A stretch of DNA of 63,751 nucleotides, filler included, from an uncultured bacterium (lineage in GTDB: Bacteria; DYJV01): NCBI GenBank assembly GCA_964543655.1. It is 4 parts of 4 records of this genome, joined end to end, with 100 filler letters (N's around TTAATTAATTAA, not from the genome) between each part and the next. Parts side by side here need not be neighbours in the genome. Positions count along the whole stretch, not along the records: positions 47,747 to 60,598 come from CAZIZE010000049.1; positions 60,699 to 63,751 come from CAZIZE010000060.1; 2 more parts are not named here. The stretch is one strand, 5' to 3'. Within the stretch, counting starts at the first letter, position 1. The number at the start of each line of letters is the position of its first letter. The position numbers and the translations under genes were made by a program. The notes beneath the pieces are model-generated. The model was given only the letters and a program-made list of their open reading frames with translations, was not told the DNA's origin and did no database searches. Positions 57,851 to 63,751 of this stretch are shown one piece after another.

Positions 57851-59048
57851 TTTTTATCTCCCTGTTAGATAAGATTTTTAACTCTTTAATAAAAAAGGTA
57901 AATATTCCTGTTAAAAAAATTATTATTCCACTTATTATCAACATTGTTGAAGATGTTATTTTATCCAAAATAATTCCTGTTACACCATAAGAAAGAGGTT
58001 GCATAGATAGGGCAATTCCTGTAATTATAGCCATAACCTTTCCCCTGTTTGTAAAAGGTATTAATTCTTGAAACATAACTATTAATATTATATTTAAAAC
58101 TGTTAAACATAATCCTGCCATAAATAGAGAAATTAAAGAAACATTAAAATTTAAAAATACTCCCATAATGAAAAATGAACATCCCATAACTAAAAAACTT
58201 ACAATTAATATTAAAAGTTTATTAAATTTTTTAAAAAATGAAAGTAAAATTGTTCCTAACAACATACCTGTTCCAAATGCACTCATCATATAGCCAATAC
58301 CTGCTGCGCCAAGATGAAAAATTCCTTCAGCAACAATTGGCACAATTATTACAACTGATGAAAAGAAAAAATTAACAATAACAATTGGTAGTAATAGTTT
58401 TTTTAAAATAGGTATATTAATAACTTCTAAAAAACTATTTTTAGCATTGATAATAGAAGAACTAACCTTATCAAATAATATTGTTACATTCATTTTAAGT
58501 ACAAAAAACATTGAAAAGAAAAAAGAGAATGAATTAAACAAAAATGCCATTGGCACACCAATTATTGAAATTATAGCACTTCCAAATAACGGTCCAATAA
58601 CAGCACTTGCACTATTACTCATCTGATTAAGTGCATTTGCATTTGTTAAATATTTTGATGGGATTAATTCTGGTAACAATGCTAATGCAGATGGATTAAA
58701 AAAAGCTGATGCAATGGAAAGAAAGATTGATATTACAATAAGAATTTTATAATTGAGAAATCCTTTTAAAGAAATATAAAAAAGGGAAAACACAAGAAAA
58801 CCTCTTATTAAATCAGCAAGAGCCATTATTTTGGATTTATTAAACTTATCTACAACAGAACCAGCATAAGGAGAAATAAGAATTCCAGGTAATGTAGTAG
58901 CAATCATTATTCCTCCAACAGCAGAGGAGGATTGTGACCATTTATATGTAATCCATAATAAAGCAAGAGAATGAATCCTGTCTCCAAGCTGTGAAACAAG
59001 TTGAGCAACAAAAAGATATCTATAATTTTTATATTTTAATATTTTCAA
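57843..59048 (-). CDS. MFS transporter (DHA3/macrolide-efflux-like)
   Basis: AQLVSQLGD, AGSVVDKFNK, FFNPS..A.LPELI, FQELIP...RGKV; about twelve TM helices. Confidence 0.88.
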   Translation of the reverse strand: MKILKYKNYRYLFVAQLVSQLGDRIHSLALLWITYKWSQSSSAVGGIMIATTLPGILISPYAGSVVDKFNKSKIMALADLIRGFLVFSLFYISLKGFLNYKILIVISIFLSIASAFFNPSALALLPELIPSKYLTNANALNQMSNSASAVIGPLFGSAIISIIGVPMAFLFNSFSFFFSMFFVLKMNVTILFDKVSSSIINAKNSFLEVINIPILKKLLLPIVIVNFFFSSVVIIVPIVAEGIFHLGAAGIGYMMSAFGTGMLLGTILLSFFKKFNKLLILIVSFLVMGCSFFIMGVFLNFNVSLISLFMAGLCLTVLNIILIVMFQELIPFTNRGKVMAIITGIALSMQPLSYGVTGIILDKITSSTMLIISGIIIFLTGIFTFFIKELKILSNREIKNG

Positions 59049-60534
59049 AGTTTTGCCAGTTATACTCTTCTTTTATAAAATTAAAAATTTTTTTTGCATC
59101 ATTTCCTTCAATATTAAGTAATTCAATATCTAAATCATTAATTAAAAATTGCATTTTAAATATGTCATTACCATTTAATTCAAATGGAGAAATGCAGCTG
59201 AAAATAAAACCAATATCAAATAATTTATCCATTAAAATATCACATCCTTCCTGTTCAAGAGGGAGATCAATATATATAACTTCTGCAGATGTCTTCATAG
59301 TTAAAAATAAAAAACCTTTTTTTATTAAATTAAAACTGTCTTTTCCAACTTTCTTTACTGTAATTTTTCCAAAATCCCATCCAGGAAAATAGTTTGTTAT
59401 AACTTCTCCATGTTCCTCTACTATTTCATTTGAGTTTAAAATTTCAGGTTCAGGAAATTTTCCATTAGTATAAATAAATTTCACAATATTGGCATATTTT
59501 TCAGATACAAATATTCTTTTTTTATATGGGAATATTAGTGGTTTAAAATAATACATACAAGATTCTCTTTGAGATAATGGTTCTTTTTTTAGTCTTTTAA
59601 AATGCAATGTTTTTGGAACAAGCCCAAGTAAAATTCCAAACGGTTTTGAACCAAACTTTATATTAACTTTTTGACTCATTGTATAACTTGTAACTGGTTG
59701 ACTGTACAAACCTTTTAATCCTATTTGTTTTGCTATTTCTTCAAGTTTATTTCTCATTTTTACCATTAATTTTCTATTTCTATGCTCAGGAACTACAATT
59801 GCCTGGCCAGTTTCTGCTATATCTCCTAAATCATATCTCTCAAGTGCATAATGTCCTACAACATTATCCTTTTCATCAGTGGCAACAACACCAATCAATT
59901 TTCCTGATTGATTTAATTGTTTTATTTTTTCTGGATAATACAAATCTTCATTTGGATAGGAATATCCATATGCTCTATAGATACATTTAGCAACCTGAAG
60001 ATATTCATTGTCTCTAATTCTATGAATATCATATTTTTGCGGTGGTGCTAAATCTATGTTTTTTTCACTTGAAAATAATTTTTCCTGGGAGATATCAATT
60101 AACTCTGTAATATCTTTTACTGGAAGATTAAAAGATATTTTTAGCTCTTTTCCTTTTTTTCCATGGTTTAACCATTCAACTTTATCAGCTATTTTTTCTA
60201 TTAAAAAAATTCTTAAAGAATCGTCCTGTATCTCTTTTTTCAAAGGTTTAAATGGTTTTGTTTCTTCTGGAGCATAGGGTATCCCTTTATCATAGAAACA
60301 AAGGGTTAACTTATAATTTTCAATATAGGTGGTTATAATAATCTCCCCTGTTTCATCTGGTTCATACGAATGATTAATTGTGTGAACTAATGCTTCTTCA
60401 GTAATTAAGATAATTTTATTAGAAAATGTTTTATCAATTTTTAATAATTCAATAAAAGACTCTACAAAATTCTTTGCCAGAGAAATATACAAAGGATTAT
60501 TGTAGATAATAAGAGAAGCTTTTAGATTATCCAT
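59029..60534 (-). CDS. RsbW-like HATPase domain fused to GNAT-fold domain(s)
   Basis: LITEEAL...INHSY, DKGIPY, FLIEKIADKV; then VVGHYAL, ETGQAIVVPEHRNRKL, SQKV. Confidence 0.78.
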   Translation of the reverse strand: MDNLKASLIIYNNPLYISLAKNFVESFIELLKIDKTFSNKIILITEEALVHTINHSYEPDETGEIIITTYIENYKLTLCFYDKGIPYAPEETKPFKPLKKEIQDDSLRIFLIEKIADKVEWLNHGKKGKELKISFNLPVKDITELIDISQEKLFSSEKNIDLAPPQKYDIHRIRDNEYLQVAKCIYRAYGYSYPNEDLYYPEKIKQLNQSGKLIGVVATDEKDNVVGHYALERYDLGDIAETGQAIVVPEHRNRKLMVKMRNKLEEIAKQIGLKGLYSQPVTSYTMSQKVNIKFGSKPFGILLGLVPKTLHFKRLKKEPLSQRESCMYYFKPLIFPYKKRIFVSEKYANIVKFIYTNGKFPEPEILNSNEIVEEHGEVITNYFPGWDFGKITVKKVGKDSFNLIKKGFLFLTMKTSAEVIYIDLPLEQEGCDILMDKLFDIGFIFSCISPFELNGNDIFKMQFLINDLDIELLNIEGNDAKKIFNFIKEEYNWQNFENIKI

Positions 60535-60544
60535 ATTAAAACAC

Positions 60545-60573
60545 TATTTAACAAAAAGAAAATTTATTGTCAA
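60545..60573 (-). promoter_or_regulatory. Putative sigma-70 promoter of the Lux-like operon (very short leader)
   Basis: TTGACA (60573-60568), 17-nt spacer ending TGT, then TAAATA; ATG only 10 nt further, no SD. Confidence 0.4.
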
Positions 60574-60598
60574 ATTAAATATTGTTAATAACTTAGAC

Positions 60599-60698
60599 NN
60601 NNNNNNNNNNNNNNNNNNNNNNNNNNNNNNNNNNNNNNNNNNTTAATTAATTAANNNNNNNNNNNNNNNNNNNNNNNNNNNNNNNNNNNNNNNNNNNN
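60599..60698. other. Artificial contig linker
   Basis: N-run, TTAATTAATTAA, N-run. Confidence 0.98.
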
Positions 60699-60732
60699 GA
60701 TTTTTCGGTCACTACATTTCTACAAAATAACA
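60699..60732 (-). repeat. Dispersed repeat, copy 3, at contig end
   Basis: Reverse complement TGTTATTTTGTAGAAATGTAGTGACCGAAAAATC shares both ends with 70-100. Confidence 0.55.
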
Positions 60733-60816
60733 TTGAGGATAGTGGCTCTTATTAGGTAGCTGAAAAGTTCAGGAAATTATGCAATATGGTAAAAAAATTA
60801 TACTGCAAAGTTCGGA

Positions 60817-61191
60817 TTATTTTTCAAAGTTGTTAAAGTTGAGTAGATAATTTAAAATTTTCTTTTCAAACTCTTTATTTGCAAAATCTTTTATATTCTG
60901 CTGAAATTCTTTGTAAACTATTATGAACTCCTTTGCAAATGGAGTTAGCTGAGAGCCTCCTCGCTGTATACCACCTCGTGTTTTTTCAAGTAATTTTTTC
61001 CCAAATTTCTCTTCTACTCTTGTTAAAATTTTATGTGCTTTACTGTAAGACATTCCAAGGTTTTGTGCTGCTTTCCTGATTGAGCCAGTTTGTTCAATAT
61101 TTTCAAGTAACCAGACTATCCCTATTCCAAAAAAGCCTTTAAAATTTTCATCAGATATACTGATTTTAACTTTTAAGTTAAATTTTGACAT
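60817..61191 (-). CDS. ModE-family N-terminal winged-helix regulator (no molybdate-binding domain)
   Basis: FFG.G...LLE.I..TGSIRKAA..LGMSYSKA, RGG..RGGSQLT. Confidence 0.88.
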   Translation of the reverse strand: MSKFNLKVKISISDENFKGFFGIGIVWLLENIEQTGSIRKAAQNLGMSYSKAHKILTRVEEKFGKKLLEKTRGGIQRGGSQLTPFAKEFIIVYKEFQQNIKDFANKEFEKKILNYLLNFNNFEK

Positions 61192-61720
61192 GCTCTCTTA
61201 GTTTGCAAATTAATTCATTAAAATAATTTTCTTTACCAGTATTGATTTTAATAATTTTATTTTCTGGAAAAATAAGACCCTGAAAATTTTCCTTCTGTTT
61301 TAAATAAATTTCCCATCTACCATCAGAAATGGAATTTTTATGTAATAATCTTTCTTCAAGCCGTTTTTTAACAATATTATCATCAGCAAAGCAATATATG
61401 AAAATATAGTTATTGTTAAAATTGGAAATTATAAGCTGTTGCATAGCTTTGTCAGTAAATGTAGCATCAATAATAACATTGTCATGAAATTTTAAAAGCT
61501 GCTTTGCTTTCTTAATTAATTCATTGTACGTTTTTAAAGTAAATTTTTTGGAATAGAGTCCTTCACCAAAATTTTCAAAAACTTTTTGTGTAAGGGTAAT
61601 ATTTGCAAGCTCTTTTCTAACCTTATCAGAGTTAAGATAAGGAATGTTGAATTTTTTAGATAAATTTCTTGCTGTATATGATTTGCCAGAGCCTGAAAAT
61701 CCACCAAAAACTATAATCAT
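61178..61720 (-). CDS. AAA_33 / gluconate kinase-like P-loop protein
   Basis: GFSGSGKS, SDKVRKEL, VIIDATF, SDG. Confidence 0.85.
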   Translation of the reverse strand: MIIVFGGFSGSGKSYTARNLSKKFNIPYLNSDKVRKELANITLTQKVFENFGEGLYSKKFTLKTYNELIKKAKQLLKFHDNVIIDATFTDKAMQQLIISNFNNNYIFIYCFADDNIVKKRLEERLLHKNSISDGRWEIYLKQKENFQGLIFPENKIIKINTGKENYFNELICKLREHVKI

Positions 61721-62724
61721 TAGTTATCCAGATAATTGTATGCTAATGTAAAATATTTTTTAGCTTTATTGATTATGCTATTTTTTTCATTTTCTTCAAT
61801 ATTTGGATCATCAAGTAAAAAGGAAGTAACTTTGCCTCGTACATATGCTCTATAGATTTTGTAAAAATTAAGCAGTTTTAAAATATCTCTGTCTTTTGAA
61901 AACTCAATATAGTAATCTATGAATTTTTGGCTATAATCTGTATATCCATTAAAATCAAGATCCATTGATAAAAAGGCAATTTCATTGGCAACATCAATAA
62001 TCCTGAATCTGTTATTAAATTCTATACAGTCAAGAAAAAAAGGTTTACCATTTTCAATACCAATATGCTCAAGGTGTAAGTCGCCGTGACACTCTTTTAT
62101 CTTTTGAGTTTTGATTCTATTATAAAAAAGGTCTTTCTCTTTTTTATAAAATTCATTTGTAAATGTTTTAATTCTGTTAAATTGTAATTGGTTTATTGTA
62201 ATGTTAATATATTTTTCAGTTTGAGAAAAATTTTCATCAGTTGTAAATTTAAGCATCTCAATTGAGGAATTTTCAGTAGCATCAGAAAATGTAGCAGGGT
62301 ATTTTTCATGAAACTTGTATAAGTGATCTGCTATAATTTTAAAGTCTTGAATTTGTAAAGAATTGTTTATTAATTTATTTTTTAACAGATTCTCCTCATT
62401 TATCCTTTTCATAACAACAGCATAATCAACAGTTTCACCTTTATAAACAAATTCATTGAAGAAATAATCATTTTTATAAAAAATTACAGGAACCACTTTA
62501 ATATATATTTCAGGAGAAAGCCTTGAGTTTAAAATAATTTCCTGTTCGCAGTAAAATTTACGCTTTTCAAGGGTGGTAAAATCAAGGAATCCAAAATTAA
62601 CAGGCTTTTTTATTTTGTAAACATAATTTTTAGAAATAAAGACATTTGAAATATGAGTTTGGACAAATTTAATATTTTCAGGTTTATCTGGATATTTTGC
62701 TGGATTGAGAAGAGTTTTAATCAA
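61720..62724 (-). CDS. Aminoglycoside phosphotransferase-like kinase domain protein
   Basis: QTHIS, YKIKKPVNFGFLDFT, ECHGDLHLEHI, DCIEFN, YRAYVRGKV. Confidence 0.88.
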   Translation of the reverse strand: MIKTLLNPAKYPDKPENIKFVQTHISNVFISKNYVYKIKKPVNFGFLDFTTLEKRKFYCEQEIILNSRLSPEIYIKVVPVIFYKNDYFFNEFVYKGETVDYAVVMKRINEENLLKNKLINNSLQIQDFKIIADHLYKFHEKYPATFSDATENSSIEMLKFTTDENFSQTEKYINITINQLQFNRIKTFTNEFYKKEKDLFYNRIKTQKIKECHGDLHLEHIGIENGKPFFLDCIEFNNRFRIIDVANEIAFLSMDLDFNGYTDYSQKFIDYYIEFSKDRDILKLLNFYKIYRAYVRGKVTSFLLDDPNIEENEKNSIINKAKKYFTLAYNYLDN

Positions 62725-62726
62725 TT

Positions 62727-62924
62727 TTATACCTTTATGTCTAATAGAGTTCCCAATAATTCATTCTCAACATCCATTACCACAAGATTAGCTTTAAATC
62801 CAGTTTTATTTTCAATCAAATCTACCATATCATTTTCTATGTTATCAATTCCATTAGTAGCAATATCTTCTGCAGCTTTATTAATACCCTGTTCATATTG
62901 ATTGAGATTATTATCGATTCTCAT
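62727..62924 (-). CDS. Small protein resembling the flagellar basal-body rod/hook C-terminal domain
   Basis: DMVDLI....FKAN..V....NELLGTLLDIKV; own TTGACA at 62959-62954. Confidence 0.65.
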   Translation of the reverse strand: MRIDNNLNQYEQGINKAAEDIATNGIDNIENDMVDLIENKTGFKANLVVMDVENELLGTLLDIKV

Positions 62925-62959
62925 ACTATTAATTTAATAGTATAATTAGAATTTGTCAA

Positions 62960-62989
62960 TAAAAAAAAGCGGAGCAAAAGCTCCGCTTT
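62960..62989 (-). terminator. Rho-independent terminator of the porin gene
   Basis: AAAGCGGAGC-TTTT-GCTCCGCTTTTTTTT on - strand. Confidence 0.85.
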
Positions 62990-63013
62990 GAAAATAAATT
63001 ATTTAAAGTGTCA

Positions 63014-63751
63014 TTAGAACTTATATCTAACTCTTGCTGTTGAAACAAAAATATCTTCATCTGCATTGCCATCTTTGTCAACTTCCCAGTAATCCATAGC
63101 ATCGCCAGAGAAGAGATAAGCAGCATTAATAGCAAATTCTAAATTGTTGTAGAGTTTATATTTTAGATATGCATTCCATTCAAAGCCAAGTTTATCATCT
63201 GACTGCATTCTTCCCTTATTATCAACATATTTAATATCTTCTGCTAACATCATATACATAATTGATGAGCCAACTTTTAGCTTGTTAGAAGCTTTATAAT
63301 CAAGAGATAATTGGTTCATAATGAAACCTTTGTCACCAATGTAAGGTGTTTCTACAAAGTAGTCATCATCAGTATAAACACCTTCCATTAAAGTAACACT
63401 ATTACAAATATCAACATCTACAGACATATATGCATTAAAATCACTGTCATCTGGATCATCATCACCTGATGCATACCAGAATGTGTACTTTAATTTAGCA
63501 TTACCAAAATTATATCCTAAGTCTAATCTTCCAAACCATGCATTTAAATCAAAATTATCAGTTTTGCTAACACCTGCATAATCTGTAAATGTAACTTTAT
63601 CAATACTTCCACCTTCATAGATTAAATCAAAGCTACCAAAGATATTACCTGATTTGAAACTACCACTTGCTCCAAGAGCTATTACGCTGATATCAGCATT
63701 TTTCATTCTCTTTAATTCATACCATTCACCTCTGCTTGCTGTAACTGCAAC
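63014..63751 (-). CDS. Outer-membrane beta-barrel porin, 3' part (runs off window)
   Basis: Frame open to window end; YASGDDD, amphipathic strands, C-terminal ARVRYKF barrel signal. Confidence 0.8.
   Translation of the reverse strand, partial: VAVTASRGEWYELKRMKNADISVIALGASGSFKSGNIFGSFDLIYEGGSIDKVTFTDYAGVSKTDNFDLNAWFGRLDLGYNFGNAKLKYTFWYASGDDDPDDSDFNAYMSVDVDICNSVTLMEGVYTDDDYFVETPYIGDKGFIMNQLSLDYKASNKLKVGSSIMYMMLAEDIKYVDNKGRMQSDDKLGFEWNAYLKYKLYNNLEFAINAAYLFSGDAMDYWEVDKDGNADEDIFVSTARVRYKF

Noticed and set aside
686..62901. Many 60-130 aa ORFs nested in or antisense to long genes in the ORF track
   Set aside because: Overlap well-supported CDSs and lack RBS or motifs; treated as shadow ORFs

Overview
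AT-rich bacterial draft-genome window made of four contigs joined by artificial 100-nt linkers (N-run, TTAATTAATTAA, N-run at 21080-21179, 47647-47746 and 60599-60698), so adjacency across linkers is not biological. Gene content suggests an anaerobic, sigma-54-rich, deltaproteobacteria/Deferribacter-like organism (inference). Contig 1: a secreted repeat protein, a sigma-54-driven three-subunit xanthine-oxidase-family molybdoenzyme, a CoA-transferase-GNAT fusion, a cytochrome bd-like/heme-c pair with an MBL-rhodanese, a hybrid kinase, cbpAM, comEC, a GT4, Ktr/Trk genes, ending at the 5' tip of a 16S rRNA gene. Contig 2: hypA(3' end)-hypC-hypD-hypB; a STAS protein; an unusual TolC/PAS-fused adaptor/MacB-type exporter linked to an atypical sigma-54 activator, a small secreted Cys-rich protein and a decayed paralogue; an Rrf2-moaE-cysK-metY-metX-metW operon; a REP/heptamer insertion; and a nitroreductase-Liv ABC-acyl-CoA ligase-two-component operon. 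Contig 3: tRNA-Pro and a tightly coupled operon encoding an HATPase-GNAT fusion, an MFS, two PaaK-like ligases, LuxE and a LuxC-ligase fusion (no luciferase or LuxD), followed by an NtrC-type two-component system. Contig 4: ModE-like HTH, a split APH/AAA_33 kinase pair, an orphan flagellar-rod C-terminal peptide and a porin 3' end. The best candidates for undescribed systems are the luciferase-free LuxCE/triple-ligase cluster and the PAS-adaptor exporter with its Cys-rich secreted proteins.
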